From Selaginella moellendorffii (taxonomy: Eukaryota > Plantae > Lycopodiophyta): 64,000 nt of DNA. The position numbers were made by a program, and so were the translations under genes. Every line of letters starts with the position of its first letter. The stretch's first letter is position 1. The notes below the pieces were generated by a model that ran no database searches, was not told the origin of the DNA, and worked only from the letters and a program-made list of their open reading frames with translations. Of this stretch, positions 38,406-51,539 are shown piece by piece. The stretch lies in assembly GCF_000143415.4 (NCBI RefSeq), contig NW_003314351.1:39467-103466 (forward strand), in the 5' to 3' direction.

Positions 38406-40009
38406 CTCGCCTCCGATCGATCGAGAGAGCAGAGAAAAAATCGCCCCTGGAATGGATCACAGCGCCGCCGCGAGCTAGGATTGGAATCGATTAGGGCTTT
38501 GCCTTTCCCTCTCCTCGCCCTCCCTCCCTCCCCTATATCCTGGCGCCCCGCCTTCCCATTAAAAAAATTAAACTCTTTGTTAATTCAAAGGGCGAGCCGT
38601 TGGGCAACGGCCAGTACAGGGCATCCTGTCTTCGATTCCTGGCACCGCCTGAAAATATTCCAGTAAAAAGTAGATTCGTTTAGGTTAATCCCGGTTAATA
38701 GGGTTAGTAATGTTTAGGGTTTAATGTTAGTTTAAGTAATCTCTTAATCAAATTCCCTGGATTTGGAGATGAAATGATAAGACACCACTACAAGCTAGAG
38801 CTCCCTGGAGAATCTCTGGAGGCCAAATTTTTACTCAAATCCATGAAGTCTATGATTTTTGGGAGGGAGTGGAGTTTTCTTCCTTCTCTGTCCTCTCTTC
38901 TCTTCTTTCTTCCATGCCTAAAGATCTGATCTTTGGAATCATGGGGAATGAGTGTGGAAGAGTGGTCCTTCCTTTCTTTTCTAGCCTAAAGTTCTTGTAG
39001 CTTATGGTGTTGCCACTGCCAACATGACACATAAAAAATTCAGGGCATTGAAAGCTTGCCACCCCAAAATCCATTGAAATTGATATTGATTGATGAGGTT
39101 TCCCCTCTTTCCCTCTGGGAATGTATTGTATATGGAGCTTCTTGCAAGACAAAATCATGGTGTAGAGGACTTGTAGACATGACCTGATGAACAGAGAGGT
39201 ACGCGCAACAAGAATTTTGAGCCGTGGGACCTTGCAAAGTCCAGGAGAGTGATTGATTTTTCCGTAGTTTTTTAGCGTTTTTTATGCTAATTTCTGCTAA
39301 GGACTGATGGATCTATCTTGCAAACACCAGGATTGCACCCATTGGAACACCTGAAAGAAATAACTACAAAAGTTGATGGACTAGTAAAAAACTCACAAAT
39401 AAAAAGAGGGCTTCTTGAGCATGTCACAAGCCAATTGATATCTCCAGCCCTTCTCAATGATGCAAGAACACAGAAGCAGCAGGAAGCAAAATAATGCAAA
39501 AAAAAAAAAAAAAAAAGTGAGAGAATTTTGCACAATCTTGTGTGAGCGAGCAAGATACATACATATGACAAGGAATGAACAATTCCTTCAGGGAGTGGCC
39601 GACCACCATCTGTCCAAGCTTAAAAAAATCCATGCACAACACTCTACTCAATTCCCACTATCAGATCAAACACAACCCAAGAACAAAAATAATGGCGGAT
39701 TTTTCTTGGTTCTAAGTATCAAGCATTCAATCCCGGAAGTTAAAATTTTTCCGTGTCGAGGGCCGAGGTTTTTAGCGTCGGTGGAAGCATTTTGTTTGGG
39801 TGTCTTGGTTCCAGCCACACAAGAACTAGGTTCTTGCTCCCCAAGTTCTTTGTTTGTTTTGAGTTGCGAGGCTTCTTCTTGTGTTTTTTTTTGGGTTTCT
39901 CTCGACAGTTCTAGCTAAGCGTCGTGCGATCGAGAGAAAAGGAAAGAATGGCTGCTCTGACGAGAGGAATTGGATTTTTAGTTCTTCTTAAAAAGATCTC
40001 CCGATAGAA

Positions 40010-40030
40010 AGAGAGAGAGAGAGAGAGAGA
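40010..40030. repeat. (GA)n microsatellite upstream of the bHLH gene
   Basis: Direct GA run. Confidence 0.85.
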
Positions 40031-40624
40031 GGGAGAGATCGATCAAACGAGGAGGAAATGATAAAAAATCTCCTTTGTGGACCCTTTTGCATGGGTCCGG
40101 CGTGCCCGCTTTTGGTGTTAAAGCGTGCATACAGTTGTTTGTATGTTGCGGGGGAGCCGGGGAAAAGCGTTGGAGCTGGGCTGGAACAACGAGAAAGAAG
40201 AAAAGAAGTTTTCGCCACTAGACAAGGTACTTACATTCTTTGGAAGAAGATCTATTAAAGCATTTGCCTGGTAGAAGAAGAACTCTCTTATAGTTTCTTA
40301 GCTTAACTTCAATGGAGCGTTAGAAACGACCGTCAAAACTCTCTTTTTTCCTGTGTGTGCGCGACAGTGTGTTCTTCGTCTTGGCTACGGACTTGGTCTT
40401 CTAAAAGCGTGTGTGTGTGTAGTCTTTGGTGTTCTATAGTTAAGTTTTTCTCTCGCGCACTTGGTGGTGATTGATCGCTGGTTTTTTTTCTCTCCTTTTT
40501 TCTCATCTGGCTGGTCTGGAATTCTTTTGTTTATATCGCTCATGACTAAGAATTTCTATGCAGCCTGGCGATCCCAGTGCCGACACAAATGATACGAGCT
40601 TAAAAATCGGGGGTCGATGATGCG

Positions 40625-42371
40625 ATGATGCTCGACTACTACACTCCAAGCGCCAAGAAGAACAGAAGCAGCAGTAGCAGCAGCAGCATCCCGGATCACA
40701 GCTCTTCTTCCATGGACGAGTTCCTGGAGAACATCATCTCGATCCCATCCTGGCCCGATCAAGACGGTGTTGCTGGAAGGAGCTGGGATCACGACGAGCA
40801 GCAGCAGCAACTGAGCAACGAGATGCTCGTTGCTGCTTCGTTCCAAAACCAGGTGGGAGGAGGAGGAGCTGCTAGCACTAGTCAAGCTGGATCAAGAAAC
40901 CACCAAGGCTTGGCAGCTACATTGGATCACAGCGACAACACCGGTCAAGTTTCTTCGTGGAGTCACCACTTCGTTCCTGGTAATGCTCTGAGCTTTGCGA
41001 AACTCGGCGATGGGGGAGCGAGCAGCGATCCAAATTCTGTCAAGAAACGATATAGAGATGAAGAACTCCAACAGGTACACAAGAAAGTTCCTCTTTTCCT
41101 CCATCGTTTGGATAAAAAACTAGCTTTTGCTTAAAAACTTCGGAGGAAGCACTGAAAATTCTCGTTTTTCGCAGATGTATGGAGCAGCGGGACAAATGCA
41201 AATCGATCAGCAGCAGAAGCACCAGCAAGATCAGCAGCAGGTTCGTGTAATTCAGTCGAGTTTCTACAAATTTTCTTTTGGTTCTCTCTAGTTCATGTCT
41301 CGCATTTCTTTTGTCTCTCTCTTGCAATGCTGTTTAGAGGTCTCAGGCTCCACTAGCTTACGATTCGAATGCTCCAGTTGCCCCTGTAAATCCTCCTCCC
41401 GCGGGAATCTCTGCGAGACCACGAGTGCGAGCTCGCCGTGGTCAAGCCACCGATCCCCACAGCATCGCCGAGAGAGTAAGAAGCTTCTTCCACTTTAAGT
41501 GATCGATTCACCTGTTTTGATCGCAGCTTCGCCGAGAGAAGATTGCCGAGAGAATGAAAGCTCTCCAGGAACTTGTCCCAAACGCGAACAAGGCAAGATC
41601 ATATCCCATCCATCACCAGTTTTGGTTTTTAGTTCTTAAGTTTTTTGCTTTCTTTATATGATCATTTGGATGATTTCCACTGAGCTCTGATATACTCGCG
41701 TGATAAACAGACTGATAAAGCCTCGATGCTCGACGAAATCATCGACTATGTAAAGTTTTTGCAGCTCCAAGTCAAGGTAAGTGATATACTTCCCTTGTTC
41801 TTCCAGGAACTAAGACTAAAAAACCACCTTTCTTTGACAGGTATTGAGCATGAGCAGACTTGGCGGCGCTGGAGCAACCATGGCTCCACTCGTCGCAGAC
41901 TTGCCTCTAGAGGTATCAAAACAGTTTTTATCCATGTTCTCTTCTATAACTTCTTGGTTCTTCAAGGGTGCTGGCCAAGAACTACTATCTTCTTCACAAC
42001 TTTGTCGACAAATCTCCGTGAATCTTTCTCCGCAAGATGGTATCGCTCTCACAGAGCACCAGGTTGCTAGTCTCATGGAGGACGACATGGGCTCAGCGAT
42101 GCAATACCTCCAGAGCAAAGGCCTGTGTTTGATGCCGATATCTCTCGCGACTTCGATCTCGTCGTGCTCCACCAAAGTTCCCACAACGATGTCACTTGCA
42201 GCAACAGCAGCAGCAGCAGCAGCAGGATCATCTCCCACCACCGCAGCCATCGCCGGAGCTCTCCAGCACGCAACACTGTCCGACTCGGAAGCTAGCGCGA
42301 TGGAAGGGTGCAATGGACGAGCAGCGACAAAGGATTTCCCGGAGAAAAGCGAAGAACAAAGGCTCAAGTGA
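40625..42371 (+). CDS. LRL: LRL-class (subfamily XI) bHLH transcription factor
   Basis: [73 protein letters not shown]; LRL domain EHQVASLMEDDMGSAMQYLQSKGLCLMPISLA; start codon uncertain. Confidence 0.92.
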
Positions 42372-42501
42372 TGCCAATCCATCTCCGGGTCGGGTATACA
42401 TAAATAAGTCTGGATTTTGCGAGAGTTTTCGTGTAAAAAAGCTTATAGATCCCAGCAAAGGGATGAAAAGAGAGAAAGCATTGCGAGTACTTGCTTAACT
42501 T

Positions 42502-44701
42502 TTAGAGTTGCTTTACGAGCTCTTTTCTTAGGATTTTTCCAGACGCTGTTTTGGGAATGGCGTTTGTGAATGCTACTCTCCTCACTCGCTTGTAAGGCGC
42601 AACCTTTAGAAGATAGAAAAGAAGAGAAAGTGCTACAGTGAAATTATAAGTTTATATAGTCGTGACTTACGTGCTCGGCAACGAAAGCTTTCACTTGGTC
42701 CTCTGTCAAGTTGCCATCCAGCGAAGGGACGATAAAAGCCATTGGAATTTCACCAGTTTCCGTGCTCTTGTACCTATAAAGGAAAAGAGGTGATGATAGA
42801 ACAAAGAAGAACTTAGGAAAGAAATCACATACGGTATCACAGCAGCGTCCAAGATCTGAGGATGTGACAATAGCAGTGCTTCAAGCTCCGCGGGAGCAAC
42901 CTGTTGTTAAAACAAGAAAAAATAGTTTTTTCTTGAAGGATAGCCAAGAACTTGGAACTTGGACTTGAAACTAGATCTGAGAGATCACACACCTGGAGAG
43001 CTTTGTACTTGATGAGTTCCTTGATCCTGTCAACGACAAACAAGTTCCCGAGCTCGTCGAAGAAGACGAGATCTCCTGTACGAAGCCAGCCTTGAGGATT
43101 CATGGTAGAGCTCGTTGCTTGAGGATCGTTCATGTAACCTGCGAGAGAGCTTTGTAGATTTGTATTGATCAATTAGTGGTTTTCAGCGAGCTCGTGAAGC
43201 AATATTACCGATCATTGTTGTTGGACCTCGAACCAGAAGCTCTCCTTTGTGATTTGGAGGCAAAGGCTGGCTGGTTTCCACGTCCACGACTTTGGCCTCC
43301 ATGTCCGAGAGCATCGTTCCCACGGAAGCTGCTAGATTCTCATTTTCTCTAGAATCCTTGATCAGCGTGAGAGCTCCAGTGACTTCTGTGAGACCATATA
43401 TCTGAAATGAGAGATTTCTTTGTGATTTCAAGATTTCTCAAGATCATAGTGTACTTGCGAGAAGGACGTGTTTGGAAAGTATTTGTAGCACGTCTCGATC
43501 AATTCCTTGCCTAGTGGAGCAGCTCCACAGAGAATGTTTTGCAAAGAGGAGAGATCATATCTTAAGCTTCCATTGTTCTGCAAGAACACGAACATTTATT
43601 CAAGTAGCAACTTGAAAAAAGCTTGCAAACCTTTTGGAGAGTTTTAGCGAGAGCCAAGACCACCGGAGGAACTACATAGATGTGAGAAATATGGTAGCGT
43701 TCGATCGCAGCAAGCATCCCTGACAGCTCAAATCCTCGAAGAACTACCGTTTGGTTTCCACGGTAGAGCTGCTGGAGCGTGATCACCACCGAGCCAAATA
43801 TGTGAGACATTGGCAAAGCGCAGAGATGAACCTCCTGCTCGATGATGTTTCCAAGATCTGGGCCTTGATGATCGCAAGAACTGGCTAGCTGCATGATCTG
43901 CGAGCAAATGTTTGCATGAGAGAGCACCACTGCTTTGCTCATGCCAGTGGTTCCAGACGAGTAGAGCACGGCTGCTGGATCATGGAGGCTCCGGTTCTTC
44001 TTGCCAGAGTTTAAGGAGGAGACCGACGAAACTTTCTCCAGGATCGTCGAAAGTAGCACAACGCTGGGTTGTTCTTCGCCATGATCAGAGGAAGAAGCAT
44101 CGTTGTTATAGTCGATGACAATCGCTGGGAGACTCAAGCCTTCGATCTTAAACAGGAGATCCCGCGTGGACATGACCAGCTTCACGCTCGTGAGCATCGC
44201 TTGGTGCCGGACATCGTCGGGAGTTCCCAGAGGATTGGGAGTAGCAGCGAGAGCTCCGATGGAAGAAATAGCGAGCAGCGCAACAGGATAGTAGAGCGAG
44301 TTTGGAGCCAGGAGCATGACAACGTCGCCGTGCTCCACACCAAGATCAACGAGTCCCTCCGCGAGCTTGAAGACGAGCCTCTCGAGCTCGCCATACGTGA
44401 GCTCTCGCCCGGAAACTCCATCGATCAGCGACACTCTGGATGAGAAGCTCTTCTTCTCTGAGAAGACGAAGCTCGCAATGTCAGTGATACCATCATTCCT
44501 TGAGAAGTCCAAGCTTGGCCTTTGGCTGTGGAAGATCCTCGACTGCTCGTCATAGCATTTGGAGCTCGATCGTGCTGACAGACCTCGTCGTGTGGACCTG
44601 TGATCGTAGTACGAGCCTTTCCATCGCTCTTGACGAGCGAAAAGCTTGGAGAAATTCAAAAGCCCGTGACTGCTCACGATCATAAATGTCGAGCTCGCCA
44701 T
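42502..44701 (-). CDS. 4-coumarate:CoA ligase-like acyl-activating enzyme
   Basis: [15 protein letters not shown]-binding box, [55 protein letters not shown]; start uncertain. Confidence 0.92.
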
Positions 44702-45173
44702 GACCGCCACTCTCTCGCCCTTTCAAAAACTATTATAAGCGTTTAGAGAGCCCGTGAAAGTGGAGTAGATCGATCTGATGCGGCGTCTCAAGTGGTCTGA
44801 CACACCTAGAAATGACTTTGTTTCACGTGAGGCTTGCGTAACTCTTAGTTTTTTGGGTGTCAAAATGGCAGGATAAAGTTTTCCCAGGCTATTATATCAT
44901 CTACTTCGAAATACTTCACAATTTTCAAACCTGTCGATACAAGCCATTACCTCAATACTATAGCCTAGCTTGACAGCAATCTTCTTTTTCTAGTGGGTTT
45001 CAATCACAGTGAACCTTGTCAAGTCTAAAACAGAGCGTACACTGGAGTAAAATCGGTGTTGTTGTGAAACCACACACGAGTTTCCTGCAGATTGCGATGA
45101 GTGTGATGAGTGTGAGATTTGCAACGAAGTCTTTATAGAACAATCGTGCTCATCTGGGACTCTATAACCTTTC

Positions 45174-45197
45174 CCTCTCTCTCTCTCTCTCTCTCTC
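45174..45197. repeat. (CT)n microsatellite
   Basis: Direct CT run. Confidence 0.85.
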
Positions 45198-45566
45198 ACT
45201 CACCATAAGAACTGTTCACCGCAGACATTGACTTTCCAAGCGTAGAAAATCATAAAGTAGACGACGACGAGGAATAATCGGCGTGGAAGAATCGATGACA
45301 GGGCTCTCTAGAAAACGAGAGAACATAGTTTATAAAGGTATTGTATTAAACTAGGTGATGCTTACCTCCTCGGTCGCGAAAGTGGTAATCAAACTCATCC
45401 GGCGAAGGCGTGTCATCTCTCCGGAGAAGTATCGGCGAGTGCGGTTTAATCTAGCTCCACGTAACACGCTCCGCTAAAAATCACAGAAGGACGCTTCTTA
45501 GCATTAGAGAACGAGAGAAAATGGCAGCATACCTGCAAGCCGTCGTCGAGAAGCCAATAGTCCTTT

Positions 45567-46820
45567 CTAGCCGCAACTGAGCCTGCGTTTGGCTGCTTTA
45601 CTCCGGAAGCACCACACCTCAAACGCTTCGCTTAGATCGGGATAGCTCGCCCTCTCGTTCTTGAGCCACTCGGCCAAGATCACGCCTTGATCGTCCGACG
45701 GCAGTGACAAAACGAGGGAGTTTATGGCGGCCTCGATGCTGTTGTAAAGCAGCATCGTCTCTTCCACGCACTCGGCTTCCAGCAGCACCATCTTCATGTC
45801 TCTCACGAAAGGAAGCCAAGCTTTCACGAGCCCAGTCCTTTGAGTTGGCGGTATCAAAACGTTGCCATAGCCGACGGCTTCCAAAACCTTTGAGGTGATC
45901 TCCATCACCTTGAGTTTGATCCCACTGCTCAAGGCTGGGTCCTGGAAGACGAAGACGATCTCCGGGGAGAAGTCCGACCAGGCCAAAACAAGTTCGTCGA
46001 GCGAGCCAAGCCTCGACAGAACACGCGAGGCCCAAGAAACGTCCGCTAGCTTTTCCAGAATAGCGTCTTCGAAGGTTTCAGCACCACCGCCCTCGATCGT
46101 GATCACGTCCTTGAAACGATGGAAGAGCTCGCAGAATTTTTCCCGAAACGCAGACTTGATCTGGCTGTCGGAAGTGATGAGCGGAGCGTCGTCGTCTTCC
46201 ACCAGCATGTACTCGATTTGCTCCTGCGCGGAAACTTTGCGCTTGATCGAGACGCCGGCATCGCTCTCCCGGGTAGCAGCGATGATCGCCGAGAGAAAAA
46301 CTTCTCGCACCACAGCACTGTCCACTGTCCGCAACCTGGCTAGAACCGGATCATCGCTGGAGCAAATGCCCGCGGACAATGCCTGTAACATCTCCTCCTC
46401 CTCACCCTCGTTCCATGAAACTCCCTCTAGAAACGTGAAGCATTTCTCGACGATGGCCTCGCACCCCAGCTCCGTGGCAACTTTCGCCACGCCGATGGTC
46501 GTCTTCACGTTGCAGCATTCCTCTGCCACGATCCCGCAGGAACCAGAGGAGAAATCCTCCTGCATTGCATAGAAAATCCGGAAAAGAATCACGTAGTAGT
46601 CGAAATCTTCCTCGCAGCACCCCAGCAGGATGGAATCGCTGCCCTTGGCAAGATTTGCCGCCAAGCAGCTGCTGCGAGGCCGGAGCACCGCCGAGTGAGC
46701 GTAGAAGCTACAATCCCTGCCGGGAGTCCCGACGCGCACAATCACGTCGCTAGTGCTGCGATCCCCGAGCTTGAGAATCTCCCTCTCCCCGGCGCCTCCT
46801 ATCCCCATCTCGATCTCCAC
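45567..46820 (-). CDS. BTB/POZ domain protein (At3g05675-like), single coding exon
   Basis: GDRSTSDVIVRV...YAHSAVL; C-terminal YPDLSEAFEVWCFRSKAAKRRL. Confidence 0.88.
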   Translation of the reverse strand: MEIEMGIGGAGEREILKLGDRSTSDVIVRVGTPGRDCSFYAHSAVLRPRSSCLAANLAKGSDSILLGCCEEDFDYYVILFRIFYAMQEDFSSGSCGIVAEECCNVKTTIGVAKVATELGCEAIVEKCFTFLEGVSWNEGEEEEMLQALSAGICSSDDPVLARLRTVDSAVVREVFLSAIIAATRESDAGVSIKRKVSAQEQIEYMLVEDDDAPLITSDSQIKSAFREKFCELFHRFKDVITIEGGGAETFEDAILEKLADVSWASRVLSRLGSLDELVLAWSDFSPEIVFVFQDPALSSGIKLKVMEITSKVLEAVGYGNVLIPPTQRTGLVKAWLPFVRDMKMVLLEAECVEETMLLYNSIEAAINSLVLSLPSDDQGVILAEWLKNERASYPDLSEAFEVWCFRSKAAKRRLSCG

Positions 46821-47269
46821 ATATTTCGATCGATTCGACGATCTAGAGGCCCCTGCTGCGCGCGATCGGCCGGGCCAGAGACGCCATACCTTGCTCCCTT
46901 CGTTCGCTCGCGCGTAAACCCTAGGTAGTTCGCTACAGGGGATAAAATGTGCTTTAAAATGGTCAAGAGGTCAACGGCCTAAAATTGTCAACGTATATTA
47001 GTCAACGAGAGGGATATTCTTGTTCAAAAGCTAGAAAAGTCAATGAGTCAACGCATTTATACTGGCCAGTCAACGAGCGGGATGGTTTTGTTCTTGTGAA
47101 ATTCAATACAAGACCACTGCCTCGATTCTTCCAACCAGTTTTTAGTCGGCAAGTAGACCACTGGTCTTTAATGCTAGCTTCTCTCTCTCCCTCTCTTTTT
47201 TTCTCCTTTCTTTTGTCTTCCTATCGATCTCGTTGTCGTCGAATCTTTGTAGAACGAGCTCAGCTCTCC

Positions 47270-50200
47270 TCAAACCTTGGAGAAATCAAAGGACTTCTTG
47301 ACGAACTTCGAGGCCATGGAATGGCAGCGATAGCCCAGCGCGGTGGCGAGCACATTCGTGTTCGTCAAGTGCTGGAGACCCTGCGGCACCGGCGGCGACT
47401 TGGACGACTTTGTGAACATCACCCGGAGATTGGCCTCGAAATCCACCACCGCCATAAAGCCTCCACCGCTGCTCGGCGATGACGACGAGTCCCTGCTCTC
47501 TTCTTCGTCCGCCTCGATTTGCTCTTGCTTTGCCGGCTTGATGAGCAGTAGCTTGAGGAAATCCAGCACTGGCTCCGCGGTCCTGTCCACGAGATCGTCC
47601 TGCAGGCCCTCTCCTCCGGCCTTGAACAGTTCCACCAGGTAGTCAAACTCTTCCTCGTACATCTCCACCTCGGGAGCTTCCACCGCGTGGAGCTTGCTCT
47701 GGTGCGAGGCCACCTGGACAAACGCCTCAAACGAGGCCTTCATGATGTGCTTGACTAGCCGGTCCCGGAGCCAGTCGGAGCTCGACTCCGCCACCTTCAA
47801 GAGCTGCGTGTTGAGATAGTCGATGGCCGGCTTGATCCTGTAGTGCTTGCTGCTGTACATCACCTCCCAGTGCTTGTCTCGCATGTCGCAAAAGACCATC
47901 TGGTACGCGATGAACTCGCAGAGCTTCTGGATGCCGTTTTGACAGTAGTGCCGGGCCCCCGAGAACTTGACGTCTTCGTTTGCTTCTAGTTTGGTGCCGC
48001 TTGTCAGCTCCTGCCACCCGTAGCGGATCTTCTTCTCCAGGAACTCCATCTGTGTCTCGATGTAGTAGAGCGTGTTCATGCGCACGCACAGGTGCTCCAC
48101 ATCTGTCGCGGCGACGTCGTCACCCGCATCAGCCTCGTTTAGCTGCGGCCAAACTTTGTTCCTGTACAGTGTCAGTGTCTCCGACCTCTTCTTCCAAACT
48201 TCGCCGACTCTGTTGAGTAGCGACGATGACTTGAGGAGCGACGGCGTCAGGATTTTCCGTTCCGAGAATAAATTAACCTCCTTTGGCTCTAGAATGCAAC
48301 AAGAAGACAAGAGTTAGCTTGACAAATTTGATAGTGCTAGAAAACAAAAGAGCAGTCTTACCGCATCCGGCCACTGTTAAAAATGCGTAGCGCTCCAGAA
48401 CCGAGCTTACTCCAGAGATAAGATTCCGAAGAAAGTTCGGGTTCTCATATACTGGAAGCGCAAAAAATGCGTCTAGTAAGTCCTCCACCATTCGTAATAC
48501 TTCCACTCCAGACATCGCATAGTGTTCTCGCAAAGCGTCGGAACTCCAATCCTGTAAAAGCATTATCGTGAGGCCACTGCACAAGACAAAAAAAAGAACT
48601 TGCCTCTTGCTGAACATTCCGGTGCACCCATTCCGCTAGCTTTTGTAGATTCTCCTCGAGCCAGTCACTTACCAGCTTGTCAATTGCCGCATCTGCAGCA
48701 ATTGAGCTACCGTGAGTGAACTCGCCAGAATTCAAGCTGCTTTCCGAGCACATCCGCATTAGTTTCTTCTCCAGCATGGCGGCCGATTCCAGAGCTCGCA
48801 GCACATCCTTCGTCGGCTCGGTAGACTTCGACATGAAATACTTTAGCTCTCGGGTATAGCAAGTGTGCAATGTAGACGCGGCCAGCCTTGCTGGACACGG
48901 ATGCCACTGCTTAAATATAGGCGAGAAGTTCTCCTCTTCATCCGAAGCAAGCTGAGCTACGTTCTTTGCGAGCTCGACTAGCGCAGTAGAGCAAACTTGG
49001 CCACATTCGCCCAGCACATTATTGTACACCTGAATCAAAACAGAAAACGATAAGAAACTTTTATGTCGGCCGAAAAGTCAGCATGATTGAGACTTACCTG
49101 AGTGAAGCATGCTTGTACAGATCCTTGGATATATTCATCCGATCGAAGTCTTGCTATATGGCTATTGATCTCTCCGGCTTCCTGTAGAACGTGCTCATTA
49201 AGCACTTCGTCCACGAGAATAGAGAGTGACGCCAAACCGTCCATCGCCCTCACTTCCTTCTTTGTAAAGTGTACGTGATAGGAAAGTAGCCTCATCTCGG
49301 ACCACCCCTGTATGCTTGTGAGTACCGACGAAAGAAGATCCGATTGCAAGGACGTCTCTCCGGGATGAGATCTCCTGGCCTCTCTCAACTCCACCTCTGC
49401 TGTTCTCAGCAGCTCGGCTTCCACCTGACCCGTTACAATGAACTGCCGGAAGAGAACCCACATGAAGCACACATGGTGCAAAAACTCTGTAATCCCCAGA
49501 ATTCCCCAAGTCTTCTTTACCAGGTCCATCATCTGGTCGATCTCAAAAATAAAGGAGCCTTCTTCCAAGCTGTCGAACAGAGATCTGAGCAGCATATCGT
49601 AGAGGTGAACGTTGAGTGGAAAACCACTCGCCCAGTGGCATTCATCACCCCCTGCCAACCCCGTAGATGCCGCTCGCAAAGCCTGTATACCTTCCTTGAG
49701 CTTTGAGCCTCTGGACTGTCTATCTCTAATGTCAGACACCGCCTTTCGGAACTGCGCTGCGAAAGCATCAGAGCTCTCGTGAACTCTAGCCGGATAAACC
49801 AAAAGACCAGCCTCAAGCACCGTCAGCTGACGCTTCTGCCACTTTCGGTACTCTTGGGAGTTTGAAAAATCGGAGGAGCTGAGGTTGGCCAGGAGCTCGA
49901 GAGGAACCAGCAGAGCTTCAAGACGATTTCCCGACTGATTCAAGAAGAAAAAGCAAACTTTGCATCAGTCAAGCAATATTTGTCAAAGGACCAGGTCTTA
50001 CATGCTCAGCCGCTCTCGAGAGTGCCTTCCTGATGCGTCCATCCCTGCGCTCGGAGATCTCCATTTGGGACCTTGCGATGTCGAGGTCCCTAGAGTGCGA
50101 ATCCACCCCGCCTCTTCTTCTCGATTTGATTGTCAGTGCCTTTTTGAGGCGGCGCACTGCGAAGTGAGCGGGCGAGTGTGGCGATCCAGGTGACTTCGAA

Positions 50201-50430
50201 CCAGCAGCAGCACTAATGGCCTCGTTCACCACAGTCGCACATACGAGTACTTCATAGGCAGTCTCTCGAAGATCACTGGCAGACAAATCCACTTCGAGGC
50301 CTGGAAATGGGGACTCAACTTCGTCCACGGACATGAGCCCCTCCTCCCTGCTTCTCATACTTGACCATGTTCTTGATCTCATGCTGCCCCCAGGCTCCCC
50401 CTCCGACCATCTGTCCGAATCCATAGCCAT
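47270..50430 (-). CDS. Protein unc-13 homolog / PATROL1-like (DUF810, MHD domains)
   Basis: LSASDLRETAYEV, LLVPLELL, ECHWASGFPLNVHLY, WGILGI, FSPIFKQWHP, LCVRMNTLYY; ~5 exons. Confidence 0.88.
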
Positions 50431-51539
50431 AGCGAGCTCTTCCCGGTCGAGGACGCCGAATTGCCTAGAGAACCTGAATCATCATCGCCCAAGAACGCTC
50501 ATCCCGGATCGAGAGAGCCTGGGCTGGACGGGCGGAGACGAATCCGGAGGATCTTTAGCCAGGGAAATAAAAATATTTCTCAGCGGCAGCGCTGCCCGTC
50601 GGGGCGATCGATCCTCGTCGCGGCCAAGGGATGACACCTCCAGCCAAGAATGCCCCTAGGCAATGCCGCCGCTGCGTGGAGCCAAAGATCAAAGATCAGC
50701 CATGGAACAGTTACCGTTGAAGATCAACACGGCAGTGCCGCATATGCGACCGATTCTTCCACCGCAACAGTGGCAGCACCTTGTTGTCAACCCTGGGATC
50801 AATCACAGGACGCAAGCGCGCCGATCCTGCGCCGCTGCCGACGATCCGGAAGGGATATTACCCTCGCTGATGCAAGGATCGACGCCATCGCGATCGATCA
50901 CGCTCCTCCTCCGCGCCGCTTCATCGCTGCCAAGAGCCCTAGCTTTAGGCCTCGCGAGAGCGTGGACAAAACAACAAAGGATGGTCACACAAAACAGCAT
51001 AGGAAGAGCGTGTTTGACGGCTGCCCGTCACTTCCCGTCAAAAGACCACGTGGCCACATGGCAACGGTCAGATGTGCCAGATAGGACGCGCGGGCCGGAA
51101 AAGTCGGCCGGATATTCTCGAGTAAAAGCCAAACGGGCGGCTGGCGTGTCCGCGTATTAGCCGTCCGATCGCCATGGCATTTGGTACTTTTCCGCGTGTG
51201 AAAACGTCAACGCCCGGCACGGCATTTACGTGCCCGTCAAGTTGGCTATGGCGGAGTGGATATACCCTGTGCAAATCACTCAATCCGGGGAATATTTCTC
51301 TATATAATAACTACCTGGCATGGCGATGGCCACGCTTTGTATCAGCTGACACATTAGCTAGGCTTTGTCCCCCAGTTCTTACACAATGGGTGATTTTGAA
51401 AGGATTTCTAAGGCTTGCTCGATCATAGCGTACTCCACTCTACAATAATAAGCTAGCGTGATGACGTTGACAGGTTTGTTTCTACATTACAATGGTAAAG
51501 ATAGAGAAAGGTGAAAAGGTTTAGGGTATCTCTTTCGAT

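Noticed and set aside
38680-38730. Telomere-like ttaggg/tagggttt words upstream of EB1
   Set aside because: Too few and degenerate to call an interstitial telomere; at most telo-boxes.
42196-42498. Poly-Q ORF MQQQQQQQQQ...
   Set aside because: Alternative frame of the bHLH poly-Ala (GCA)n tract.
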